This document shows, piece by piece, positions 1 through 11,917 of a stretch of DNA of 64,000 nucleotides. Below the pieces are notes generated by a model, which saw only the letters and a list, made by a program, of their open reading frames with translations, searched no databases and was not told the DNA's origin. Position numbers and translations under genes: made by a program. This stretch comes from Octopus vulgaris (taxonomy: Eukaryota), in the NCBI GenBank assembly GCA_951406725.2, contig OX597838.1:12648001-12712000 (forward strand), written 5' to 3'. Each line of letters opens with the position of its first letter. Position 1 is the stretch's first letter.

Positions 1-645
1 TATATGTACACAAACACATGCACAGGTATGAAGAGATAAGAAGTTTGCTTCTCATAGTGGCACCTTGGGCTGACCAAAGTCTTGTGAGTGAATTTCATAG
101 ATGGAAACTGAAAGAAACCCATTGTGTGTGTATATGCACGTTAGAGCTTGCATATCTTTTTGGGGGATGTATAAACTCTTGATTATATATATAGTGATTC
201 AACAAAAGAGACCAATAGAATAAATACCAGGCTTTAAAAAAGCAGTACTAAAATTCTTCAGGGCAGTGCCCCAGCATGGCTGCATCCTAATAAATGGAAC
301 AAACAAATAAAAGAATATATATATGTGTGTACATATTTGCATACACATTATATATAAATGTGTATGTGTGTGTATGTATATATATATATGTGTGATATGA
401 TATGCAGATTACTGTCATAGTATACAATGCTTAACATGGCTTGTATGTGGGACAAACTGTGCAGTTTTTCATTCTTCGGATGGGTTTCATAGGAATTAGG
501 CTAGTAGGCACTTTTCTTCTTCTGTGGCCTTGCCTTACTTACATCATTTCTAACATCTTCCACTGGCAATAAAGCCCATATGTGGTATTTAGGAAGAGTT
601 TCATACTATTTCATTTATATATATATATAATATGTATATATATAC

Positions 646-742
646 ACTCTTTTACTCTTTTACTTGGTTCAGTCATTTGACTGCGGCCATGCTGAAGCAC
701 TGCCTTTAATCAAGCAACTCGACCCCCGGGACTTATTCTTTT
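646..742 (-). mobile_element. SINE family A, 3' fragment
   Basis: Reverse complement of the A tail (GCATGGCCGCAGTCAAATGACTGAA..AAGTAAAAGAGT). Confidence 0.8.
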
Positions 743-1165
743 GTTATCAAGGACATCATCATTCAATGCAACCTTCTAGTTTCATTAGCTCTCTCTTTTT
801 TTTATTCTTTACTTTTGGGTTTTTTTTTTTTTTTGGCAGTGGGGTGCATTAACCCTTTGGCATTCATATTAGTCAAATGTGATACTTATTTATTCACATT
901 GTTTTGAATTAATCGTGTGTTGTCTTGTAGCTTTGAGATTTCCATGTTGTGATTGTTTATGCATAGAATGACATTGTTGGGTAGGTATGGGAGGCCAGAT
1001 CTGGCTCATTCGAATATAATGCAGGTAGAATATTTGCACCTGATATGGAGTGATTTTGAAGAAGCCTTGATTGCTTTATCTCACAGACTCTAGAGCAAGC
1101 TAATGAAGGAGTTTCTCACTTGAATAATTTCCTAAATTTGTATACAGGTGTTTATTGTTGCAGCC

Positions 1166-1617
1166 TATTTCTTTACTGCCCACAAGGGGCTAAAGACAGA
1201 GGGTACAAACAAGGACAGACAAAGGGATTAAGTCGATTACATCGACCCCCAATGCGTAACTGATACTTAATTTATCGACCCCCGAAAGGATGAAAGGCAA
1301 AGTCGACCTTGGCGGAATTTGAGCTCAGAACATAGTGGCAGACGAAATACCGCTAAGCATTTCGCCCGGCATGCTAACGTTTCTTATTTTTTTATTGCCC
1401 ACAAGAGGCTAAACACAGAGTGGACAAACAAGGGCAGACAAACAGATTAAGTCGATTACATCGACCCCCAATGCGTAACTGGTACTTAATTTATCGACCC
1501 CGAAAGGATGAAAGGCAGAGTCGACCTCGGCGGAATTTGAACTCAGAACGTAGTGGCAGACGAAATACCGCTAAGCATTTCACCTGGCATGCTAACGATT
1601 CTGCCAGCTCGCCGCCT
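1166..1617 (-). mobile_element. SINE family B, two tandem copies
   Basis: Two ~220-bp near-identical units. The sense strand has A-box TGGCAGAATCG, B-box GAGTTCAAATTC, core GCCTTTCATCCTTTCGGGGTCGATAAATTAAGTACC and an AAAGAAATA tail. Confidence 0.9.
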
Positions 1618-2052
1618 TCAACTGAATGCATTGGTTTACTTTTTTTTTTTTTTTTTTTTTTTGCTTTTAGTACTGGGCTCAGCCTTATTTGATTGAGACA
1701 AATAAACGGCCAATTTGTAAACGAGGGTTAAACTGAAAAGCTTAATTAATTAATCAGTGATTAAGGCCATTCATCTATGATTTATTATATGATTGTGAAA
1801 AGATTTCACGTGATTTAGACTTTGTTTGGTTTTTTATGAACAATGGATACCCAGCCTCCAGAGACAGCAACAATTCGTCTCCTCACCGGCAACGTATAGA
1901 TTGATGGTGTTGGTGTTGCTATTGCCTGCTCACTTGTTAAAAATATACATAAGTGACAGAGGCAGTATTAATACCGAGAGATAATATTTATTCCCACTTA
2001 AACATGGATGTTCTATTATTCTCTTTTACTCTCTCTCTCTCTCTCTCTCTCT

Positions 2053-2416
2053 CTTTTTACTCTTTTACTTGTTTCAGTCATTTGACTGCGGCCATGCTGG
2101 AGCACCCACCTTTAGTCGAGCAAATCGACCCCGGGGTTTATTCTTTTTGTAAGCCCAGTACTTATCCTATCGGTCTCTTTTGCTGAACCGCTAAGTTTCC
2201 GGGGGGCGTAAACACACCAGCATCGGTTGTCAAGCAATGCTAGGGGGACAAACACAGACACACAAACATGTACATACATATACATATATATGACAGGATT
2301 CTTTCAGTTTCCGTCTACCAAATCTACTCACAAGGCATTGGTCGGCCCGGGGCTATAGCAGAAGACACTTGCCCAAGATGCCACGCAGTGGGACTGAACC
2401 CGGAACCATGTGATTG
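2053..2416 (-). mobile_element. SINE family A, slightly 5'-truncated
   Basis: Near-identical to the other A copies; internal (CA/TA)n and GAGTAAAA tail. Confidence 0.9.
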
Positions 2417-2739
2417 GTTTTCTATCAGTTTTTTTTTTTTTTTTTACCAAACCACTAAGTTATAGAAGCATAAACAAGTCAGCACCAGCTACCAAGTAGT
2501 GGTTGGATACAAACACCGAGATCACACACACACACACGCATGTGCAACGGGATTCTTTCAGTTTCTGTCTATCACATTCACATTCACTCACAAGGCTTTG
2601 CTTAACCTGGGGTTACAGTAGAAGATACCCGAGATGCCGCACAATGGGACTGAACCCAAGACCACATGGGATTGAACCCAAACTTCTCAACCACAGACAC
2701 CTTTGAATTTTTAAAATGACAAAAATTTGCATATTTTTG

Positions 2740-2970
2740 GGCACGTAAAAAGCACCATCCGATCGTGGCTGTTTGCCAGCCTCGTCTGGCATGTAAAAAG
2801 CACCCACTACACTCACGGAGTGGTTGGCGTTAGGAAGGGCATCCAGCCGTAGAAACATTGCCAGATCAGATTGGTGCCTGGTGCAGCCTTCTGACTTCCC
2901 AGACCCCAGTTGAACCATCCAACCCATGCTAGCATGGAAAGCGGACTCTAAACGATGACGATGATGATGA
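2740..2970 (+). mobile_element. Retroposon family D, (GAT)n tail
   Basis: GGCACGTAAAAAGCACC...GGCGTTAGGAAGGGCATCCAGCCGTAGAAAC...AACGATGACGATGATG; this element recurs about 10 times in the window. Confidence 0.85.
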
Positions 2971-3411
2971 TAGATCATTCTGTTTCTTGCATTACATATA
3001 TCGAGCTCTGGCAGACAGAAATATCTAAAGCCAGATACAAAGCAGATGGTAACTGGTCTAGAGATTTTCTATAATATCAATCAATAGCCGCAACTGCTCT
3101 GAAACAGATGCAAATAGATCAAGAACAACAACAACAATATCCTGCAAGACTTCAACATGGACATTCATGGTGTTGTATGAAAGTTCAGGGTTGGCCATTA
3201 ATATCTGCATATTTGATTTATTGGTGTTGAATTAAAGCTGATCTTTTGTAAGAAAGAGTAGTCGCTAGATATGGTTAGAATGTTCTTCCATCAACAGTCA
3301 AATTCACTGTTGCTTAGTTTATTGGGTTCCTTCATTAAAAGAAAGCCAGCCTGGAACCTACTCTGATTTTTAAATGTAGTGGTATTAGTTTGAGTGTGTA
3401 TTAGTGCTTGA

Positions 3412-3445
<34 letters not shown>

Positions 3446-3450
<5 letters not shown>

Positions 3451-3870
3451 CGCAGGAGTGGCTGTGTGGTAAGTAGCTTGCTAACCAACCACATGGTTCC
3501 GGGTTCAGTCCCACTGCGTGGCATCTTGGGCAAGTGTCTTCTGCTAAATGCCTCGTGCTGACCAAAGCGTTGTGAGTGGATTTGGTAGACAGAAACTGAA
3601 AGAAGCCTGTCGTATATATGTTCATATATATATGTATGTGTGTGTTTATGTTTGTGTGTCTGTGTTTGTCCCTCTAGCATTGCTTGACAACCGATGCTGG
3701 TGTGTTTTACGTCCCCCGGAAACTTAGTGGTTCGGCAAAAAAGAGACCGATAGAATAAGTACTGGGCTTACAAAGAATAATTCCCGGGGGGGTCGATTTG
3801 CTCGACTTAAAGGCGGTGCTCCAGCATGGCCGCAGTCAAAATGACTGAAACAAGTAAAAGAGAGAGAGAA
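3446..3870 (+). mobile_element. SINE family A, full length, tRNA-derived head
   Basis: A-box TGGCTGTGTGG, B-box GGTTCAGTCCC, CORE-like CTTGGGCAAGTG, internal microsatellite and 3' hairpin CAGTCA-AAA-TGACTG; inserted in (TA)n. Confidence 0.92.
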
Positions 3871-4967
3871 ATGGAGTCAGGTGCAGTTCCTGTCAACCTG
3901 TCCGACCCATGCCAGTAATGGAAAACAGACGTTAAAGGTCGATGATGATGATATAGAGTAAAAGTGCTTGACAGGGAAAGTGTGTTTGTGTGTGTTGGTA
4001 TGTATTACTTAATACCTACCTCGGCGGCGCAAGGGTCACTGAAGGAGTGGGTGCTGGCATCAGATTGCACGTCTCCCCATTACATTAATGACTGTTCCAC
4101 TATCTGAAATATTACTAATTGTTAATGACACTACTTAGGGTTGTTCAACTTTGCTATTGTTGGCTGTCTCCTCCTCCTCATCCTCATCCTCCTCACCACC
4201 ACCACAAACTATTATAGTGTTTCAGGTTATTGCTGCCAATGGGGGGACGACGACGGGGGGGGGGTAGCAGAACTAAAACTGATAATATCTTTTTTTTTTT
4301 TTCATATTTGTTGTTTCATTCCAACCTACATTTTCTTAATTTCTGTCTGGCATTTTTTTTTTATTTTTTATTGTTCATCTTTCACTTATTTGTTTTAGTC
4401 ATTTTTGACTGTGGCCATGCTGGAGCACTGAATTGAAGAGTTTTTTCTTTTCTATTTTTTTTTTTTTTTTTTTTTTTTAGTTGACCAGATCAACTCCAGT
4501 ACTTACTTCTTTCAGTCATTGAATTGAATTGCAGCCCTTCTGGGGTACAGCCCCTTGAAGGGTTTTTACTCTTTTGCTGGATTGCTAAGTTACGGGGGGG
4601 GACAACACTTTGTTGTCAAGCAGTGGTGGAGAACAAACACATTAATGAAGGGACACATATACACATGGGTACACATAGTACACAGTGGGCTTCTTTCAGT
4701 TTCTTATTTCATTATTGCCCGTAAGGGGCTAAACACAGAGGGGACAAACAAGGACAGACAAAGGGATTAAGTCGATTACATCGACCCCAGTGCGTAACAG
4801 GTACTTAATTTATTGCCTAGGAGAAAAATACTTTCATGAAAGTTATTTCCCTCTGATTCTATCATCATGCTCCCCCTTTTGCATACTGCGTGTGTGTGTG
4901 TACACTTACCAGCAACTGTTCATACATAGAAGCAGTGTATTGTATTATATGCTTAACGAGCTGGCGA

Positions 4968-5380
4968 AGGCAGCGAGCTGGCAGAACCGTTAGCACGCCG
5001 GGCGAAATGCGTAGCAGTATTTCGTCTACCGTTACGTTGTGAGTTCAAATTCCGCCGAGGTCGACTTTGCCTTTCATCCTTTCGGGGTCGATAAATTAAG
5101 TACCAGTTACGCACTGGGGTCAATGTAATCGACTTAATCCCTTTGTCTGTCCTTGTTTGTTCTGTGTTTAGCCCCTTGTGTATAGTAAAAAAAATAGGTA
5201 TTTCGTCTGCCGTTACATTGTGAGTTCAAATTCCGCCGAGGTCGACTTTACCTTTCACCCTTTCGGGGTCGATAAATTAAGTACCAGTTACGCACTGGGG
5301 TCAATGTAATCGACTTAATCCCTTTGTCTGTCCTTGTTTGTCCACTCTGTGTTTATCCCCTTGTGGGCAATAAAGAAATA
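4968..5380 (+). mobile_element. SINE family B head-to-tail dimer
   Basis: A full unit followed by a second unit starting at GTATTTCGTCTGCC; flanked by tat(a/g)tgcttaa direct repeats. Confidence 0.88.
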
Positions 5381-5649
5381 TATGTGCTTAAGTTATTGTG
5401 GTTGGCCATTTTCGTTAAAGCATTATGTTTTAGTGTTTTCATCCTCAGTTGGAATTATTTTAACCCTTTAGTATTTAAACCGGCCATATCCGGCCAAAAT
5501 AGTTGATCTGTTTTATGTTCAAACTAACCAGATCCAGGCTCTCACACCTACCCTACAATGTTATTCTACATTAAGTAATTACACCATCAAGATCTTGAGG
5601 ATATGAGATAATGCATGATTAATCCAAATCAATGGGAATCAATAAGCAT

Positions 5650-5869
5650 TACTCTTTACTCTTTTACTCTTTTACTTGTTTCAGTCATTTGACTGCGGCC
5701 ATGCTGGAGCACCGCCTTTAGTCGAGCAAATCGACCCCGCGACTTATTCTTTGTAAGCCCAGTTCTTATTCTATCGGTCTCTTTTGCCGAACCGCTATGT
5801 GACGGGGACGTAAACACACCAGTATCGGTTGTCAAGCAATGCTAGGGGGACAAACACAGACACACAAAC

Positions 5870-5904
<35 letters not shown>

Positions 5905-6070
5905 CATATATACGACAGGCTTCTTTCAGTTTCCGTCTACCAAATCCACTCACAAGGCTTTGGTCGGCCCGGGGCTATAGTAGAAGACACTTGCCCAAGA
6001 TGTCACACAGTGGGACTGAACCTGGAACCATGTGGTTGGTTAGCAAGCTACTTACCACACAGCCACTCCT
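5650..6070 (-). mobile_element. SINE family A, full length; abuts a piggyBac-type MITE E fragment (5464-5650)
   Basis: Matches the A consensus; the MITE begins TTAA-CCCTTTAG at about 5460. Confidence 0.9.
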
Positions 6071-7059
6071 TCGTCTGTTTGATTGAATTATTTGAAGGGT
6101 GAATTAAAGGGTTAAAATTAAGTTAGAATGAGAGGAAAACCCAATTGTTTTGACTGAATGCTTTGTTCCTGCTTTTGTTATTCGCTCAACTGTGAAGTAA
6201 AAACTAAGTGCATCAAGGGATGGGCATTTCCATATGTTCTTTTGTGCAGGCCTTCTTGGAGTGGGGAGCTGAATGATAATCAGCTTGAACATCCTGTGGG
6301 CTCCCAATTGTCAGCTATAAAACTGGGGGTAGAAAAGGAATGCCAAGAGTGGCTGGGTGGGGCAGGAGATGAACAGGGAGAGTTTTTAGTGCAGGATCTA
6401 AGAAATGAGATACAGTAAGGGCTGATGATGAGGAGGTGCGGATGTCTGTTGGACTTGTGTGGAAGGGGATATGCCCATAGCTAATTTAGGGGTTAGTGAT
6501 GATTATTGCTGCATATGAGCCCAGAGAGAAATAAAAGCAAGCACAATGGTTGAACCTGGGGAGACAAGAGAAGGAATGTTTTTTTACTAATCAGTAGAAT
6601 GTGTATCTTTTATTTGTTTCACTCATTTGACTACGGCCATGCTGGGGCACTGCCTTGAAGGGTTTAGTCAAACAAATCACCACCCCCCCCCACAGGATTT
6701 ATTTCTTTAAGTCTAGTACTTCTTTTATTGACCTCTTTTGCCGAACTACTAAGTTGTAGAGACATAAACACACCAGCACCGGTTGTCCAGCAATGGTGGG
6801 GGATAAACACAGACACACACACACATAGATATATATGTATGTGTGTGTGTATGATAGGCTTCTTTCAGTTTCCGTTTACCAGATCCACTCACAAGGCTTT
6901 GGGACTGAACCCAGAATGATGTGACTGGAAAACAAGCTTCCTTCTATAAAGTATAATTAATATGTGAGTGTGTGTGTCTGTGTGCATATGCATGTTACTT
7001 TATATTGTGTGTATGTTGTAATTGAATGTCATTAATTTCCAGTATTCTGCAAAAATATG

Positions 7060-7480
7060 GGATCTTTTCGGTTTGAACAGCAATTTTTTTCTGGCGGTGT
7101 CATATGAAATTGTCACCCATAATTATGACCCTAGAATCGATCTATTGCATTTCAATCTCTTTTAGGGTTAGGGTTAGTTAGGGGTGAGGGAAGGGTATCT
7201 TTTTTTCTTCACAAATGTAAATAAACCCAATCTGTTTCTTAAACGAGGGGCATATTCATACGGCACAGAATGCTTTTTAACTCAATAGACGTCAGTGATT
7301 TGTTGAAATTGCAGAAATTGAAGGAAAAAAACAACAAATATCTTACAAACTATAGAATTTTCTCAATAAAGCCAAAAGAAAAAAATGTTTTATAAACACA
7401 TTCTACCAGTATATGAAGTTTAAAATTTTTTAGTTACCTAGAAATTATGTTAAAAACTGCCATTCAAACCGAAAAGATCC
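7060..7480. mobile_element. Non-autonomous DNA transposon (MITE), Merlin-like
   Basis: ~28-bp TIRs GGATCTTTTCGGTTTGAA../..TTCAAACCGAAAAGATCC; perfect 8-bp TSD AAAATATG (7052-7059, 7481-7488). Superfamily inferred from GG termini plus 8-bp TSD. Confidence 0.85.
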
Positions 7481-8311
7481 AAAATATGTCTGGCCATGAA
7501 GAAATATTACCTTGCTTGGAAACTGGTGAGGGTTGGTAACAAGATGGGCATCTGACTATAGAAAACCTACCTCAACAAATTCTGTCTGACCCATGCAAGT
7601 ATGGAAAAGTGGAAGTTAAAACCATAGTGATAATGATGATGATGATGATAATACTGATGTCCTACAGAATGGAATTTGAACAGTGTATTTATTCTCTGAG
7701 CTAGAAACATAGGCATTCTAATAATTAAAGTCCATTATTGGTTGCTTTATGAAGGAAACTGTTTGGTACATTGGTAATAAAACTATTTGTTTAATGTTAG
7801 AAATAGATTGAGTAGTTTGAGTATAAATGCAGGACAAACTACCATCAAACTGGTTTGGGAATCATTTTAGAATGAATACTCAAATGGATATATGATCAAG
7901 GATGTTCAGGGCGATGATCGTCCCATGATGAAGGCAGACTGTGTTAAACAACAAAAACAAACTAACATAAAAACCTCTATGTGGTCGCTTGAGCAGCTAG
8001 AAATATCAGCTGAACATCCCTCAAGTCACCCTGCCACCATTTGAAAGCAGAAAGATAAAATAAAAGGCACATTGGGTAGTACAGCAATACATAGATAAGT
8101 CTTAAATATAAAATGGGATAACCACCAGCTTGAACACCCTTCATCATAAACCTACTTAATTGGCCTGACTCAGTGTTAAACAGGTTCTTTCTGAAGTGAT
8201 TCCTAAACCCAACTGGCAGGAGTTAGTTCTTCTACATTCACGCTCAAACTAAACAAGCTATTTTTAACTCTCTTAACTCTTTAGCATTCAGAATCTGCCA
8301 AATGCAATGCT

Positions 8312-8570
8312 TATGTGGGGTCACTCCGAAAAGCTCTATCTGCGACGATTTCATCTCAATCAAAGGAGAGGGGCTTTCTCCGTCCTAGTTGCGGATCCGT
8401 GGAATAAGCTGCCGGACGAGATAGTGAAGATGCCGACGACTGCTCGGTTCAAAGTCTCTCTTGACCAGAAATGGCCTGAACTCTCTGCATGAACACCCTC
8501 CCTGTACATAACTCCATGTCCCCCTACATGGCCCTGCTTTTTGCTTTTTGAGCCAAAAAATTAACTTAAC
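8312..8570 (+). mobile_element. CR1-clade LINE 3' end (ORF2 C-terminus) inserted in MITE E (8276-8741)
   Basis: GHSEKLYLRRFHLNQRRGAFSVLVADPWNKLP..FKVSLD fits the CR1 RGH..KL..FS.RV..WN.LP..FK..LD motif; TAAC-type tail; second copy at 45490-45778. Confidence 0.88.
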
Positions 8571-9149
8571 ATTGTTTTGAATTAATCATGCATTATCTCA
8601 TAGCTTTGGGATTTAGATGATGTGATTATTTATTTTTAGAATGGCATTGTAGGGTATGCGTGCAAGGCCAGACCCAGCCAGTTTGAACATAAAACAGGTA
8701 GAATGTTTGAGCCAGATGCAGCCGGTTTAAATATTAAAGGGTTAAGGCTTACTTAGAACCTCCTACAGCAAGACTTGTCTTTACTACGTAAGTCACTGGA
8801 TTAACCTATCAGGGGATACCCTTAATTAACCTATCAGTAAGTGGCAGACTTGATCCATTATCTGGTTTAACACTACTGTGTGGACCTTGCTTGCCTTTAA
8901 TCAAGATTCCATTCTTCTGTTGGAAGCAATCAGAGTTAGTCTCTGATATTTTTGTAAACAATAGAAATGTGTGTGTGTTTACAAACAAGTGTTATGTTGT
9001 CATTGAATGTTCAATTGTTAAAAAATTCTATTTCCTGTTAAACAATGTTTGATATATTAGAACTGTGTGTAGGAGGCACCCTTATTCTTAGGGTCTGTGT
9101 GAATGGAAGGCACACTCTTCTGTTAGTGAGATGAGTTGGTTGAGCAGGA

Positions 9150-9522
9150 TTCTTTTATTCTTTTACTTGTTTCAGTCATTTGACTGCAGCCATGCTGGAG
9201 CACCGCCTTTAGTCAAACAAATAGACCCCAGGACTTATTCTTTGTAAGCCTAGTACTTATTCTATCAGTGCCTTTTGCCAAACTGCTAAGTTACGGGGAC
9301 GTAAACACACTAGCATCAGTTGTCAAGCGATGCTGGGGGGACAAACACACACACATATATATATGACGGGCTTCTTTCGGTTTCCGTCTACCAAATCCAC
9401 TCACAAGGCTTTGGTCAGCCCAAGGCTATAGTAGAAGACACTTGCCCAAGGTGCTATGCAGTGGGACTGAAACCAGAACCACTGGTTGGTAAGCAAGCCA
9501 ATTACCACATGGCCACTCCTGC
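9150..9522 (-). mobile_element. SINE family A, moderately diverged
   Basis: Alignable to the A consensus over its whole length. Confidence 0.85.
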
Positions 9523-9834
9523 CAAAATTTTTCCAGGCAGTTGATAAAAAGCAACATTCCGCTCTATCATCATCATTTAATGTCCATTTTCCAAGCTGGC
9601 ATGGGTTGGACAGTATGACAGGAGCTGGCAAGCAAGGGGTCTGTGCCAAGCTTTGACATTGTTTCTATGGCTAGATGCCCTTCCTAATGCCAACTGCTTT
9701 ACAGTGTCCTGGGTGCTTTTTGTGTAGCACTGGCACCAGTGAGGTCACCAAGTAACTCGTAAGACCCCTTCAACTGAGGCTAGTGTAGTATTGAGGGAGT
9801 TGGCTTTATGCCACGTGGTGAAAGAGTTAAGGGT

Positions 9835-10560
9835 AAAAATGATGATAAGGGTCGTATCTCCAAGACCAGCTGGAATCTCTCTACATATCCAGAATGCCTG
9901 AAACACTGCACAAAACTTCATTTTTAGTATTTCATTGTGATGTTTGTATATCTTAGCTGGATTCCTCTCAAATTTGGGTGCCTTGTTATTTTGGGAACAG
10001 ATTATCTTGTTTGTTTGTTTGTGCAATGCCAGGTGCTACTGCTAAATGTACAATCTGTGAATTGTGATTGATGACTGGAACAGAATACCATATCAGTACT
10101 GTTTGATGTTCTGGGATGGTATACTGACCAACCACGGGTAGTAAACTACAAAATTCTTACATCCTCTTGATTTCCTGTAATTCAGACTGCCTCATGGTCC
10201 CAGCAGACAAAATGGAGAAGGCATTGCTGCTAAATTGTTTATCATTGGTCTTTTATGTGATGTTCTTTCAAGATCTTTCATTGGCTGCACAGTTGTGATT
10301 AAAGCAGGTCTTTGAAATGTTCTTTCCATAAGTTGCTAAACAGCTGTTCATTTTATTAGATTTTTTACCATCTTTAGCTCTGAAATACTTTGATCTGCCA
10401 CCATAAATGGTTCTTAACTACTGGTGTTTGTTACTATACTACAGTCATGCTTGCTTGGCAACCTTGCCTTCAAGTTTTTCTTTGGCGCAAGTTATTCTTC
10501 ATCTTTTGGTCAGCTTGAAAATCATTCTCTTTATTTGTGTCAGCTGCTTCATTTAGGCTA
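9835..10560 (-). pseudogene. Decayed RTE-type LINE ORF2 fragment (pre-RT/RT N-terminus)
   Basis: Minus-strand peptides NLWKEHFKDLL and NNKAP..NPAKIYKH..FQAFW..EIPAGLGDTTLIIIF resemble the LINE motifs W.EHF..LLN and KAPG.DGIPAE.YK..W..EIP.D..DA.I..IF. Confidence 0.7.
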
Positions 10561-10765
10561 AGAGTCAGCAGGCTTCTTATATCATTGGGCGCTTCATGGA
10601 ATCATTGGTAACTTAGTAACTTCCATCATATAAATTTCTGAAATAAAATTTTTTTTAAATATAAATGATAAAAAAAATTTCTTGATTTCAAAACAGTCCT
10701 TCATTCTTTTGGGTCATTACTACTTTTCAATAAAAAAATATTAGAGAAATGTATTGAAAATACTT

Positions 10766-10913
10766 TGTGTGGTAAGTAGCTTACTAACCGACTACATGGT
10801 TCCGGGTTCAGTCCCACTGCGTGGCATCTTGGGCAAGTGTCTTCTGCTATAGCCCCGGGCCGACCAATGCCTTGTGAGTGGATATGGTAGACGGAAACTG
10901 AAAGAAGCCTGTC

Positions 10914-10953
<40 letters not shown>

Positions 10954-11155
10954 TTGTGTGTCTGTGTTTGTCCCCTAGCATTGCTTGACAACCGGTGCTG
11001 GTGTGTTTACATCTCCGTTACTTAGCGGTTCGGCAAAAGAGACCGATGAATAAGTACTGGGCTTACAAAGAATAAGTCCCGGGGTCGATTTGCTTGACTA
11101 AAGGCGGTGCTCCAGCATGGCCGCAGTCAAAATGACTGAAACAAGTAAAAGAGTA
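10766..11155 (+). mobile_element. SINE family A
   Basis: Near-identical to the A consensus; a few nt missing at the 5' end. Confidence 0.9.
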
Positions 11156-11917
11156 ATGAAATTGATAAAGAAGAATAATGCTCAAAATTGTTTCAGATGT
11201 TTATTGACCCCTTGGATAGTCACATAGAGACTCAGGTGAGTCAATACTCACCACCACTTTGCCAGCCCCTGATTTAGGCATTGTTCTTCAACGCTCAAAA
11301 TCAGTGGAATCGGTGGATTAATACACAAGGTAACATAAGCTAACATGCATATGAAAGGGTGAAAATTAAAAATGTATTAAGTAAAAAAGAAGAAGGTGGC
11401 CAAGACTTGGATAAAAACTGTCCTCTCACCATGATGGACATTTTATCCAAATCCTGGCTACCTTTTTCTTAATTTATAAAATCTGCACTCCACAGACAAT
11501 CTATACATACAGACAGATGTATGTATGTATGCATATAGATATATATAGATTTGTTTATATTTCTTCACTGAAATGAACTTGGCCAGTTTAGTCTGTGCAT
11601 TGTAACAGCTACTTAATTCACCGACCTTTTGAACTAGTATCAGTGTGTTTTTCTATATATTTATTTACTTCTATTCATTTTATTTTGTTAAACAGTTTCT
11701 TGTCATTTTGCATTTATTTATCTATTCAAAAACGATTTCTTTTTATTTTTAATTAATTTTTTTTTTATTTTCATTTATATTTATTTTCTGTGTTTTTTTT
11801 TTTTTATTTCAGAACCACCATGTGTCTGTCCTCCTCCAACTTAAGTCTAAGTTTTTTTGCTGTCCCCTCACCTCAGATGACTTGGACTTTACCATCTTCT
11901 TCTACCCTCAGTTAACA

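Noticed and set aside
3000-3210. Possible decayed RT fragment (..KF.LAINI-like), with similar weak LINE-like traces at 6240-6570 and 56450-56600
   Set aside because: Too degenerate to support by eye; BLASTx would be needed.
3446-3525. tRNA gene candidates at SINE heads (A, B, C, H)
   Set aside because: A and B boxes are present, but the cloverleafs are imperfect and continue into SINE bodies; these are not tRNA genes.
5829-6102. Recurring ORFs such as MSSNARGTNT.. / MLGGQTQ..RLPNPLTRLWSARGYSRRHLPK (many copies)
   Set aside because: They are antisense translations of SINE A; the frames shift with microsatellite length, so this is not a gene family.
7162-7184. Telomere or chromosome-fusion relic
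   Set aside because: Only about 3 units, lying inside a MITE with an intact TSD.
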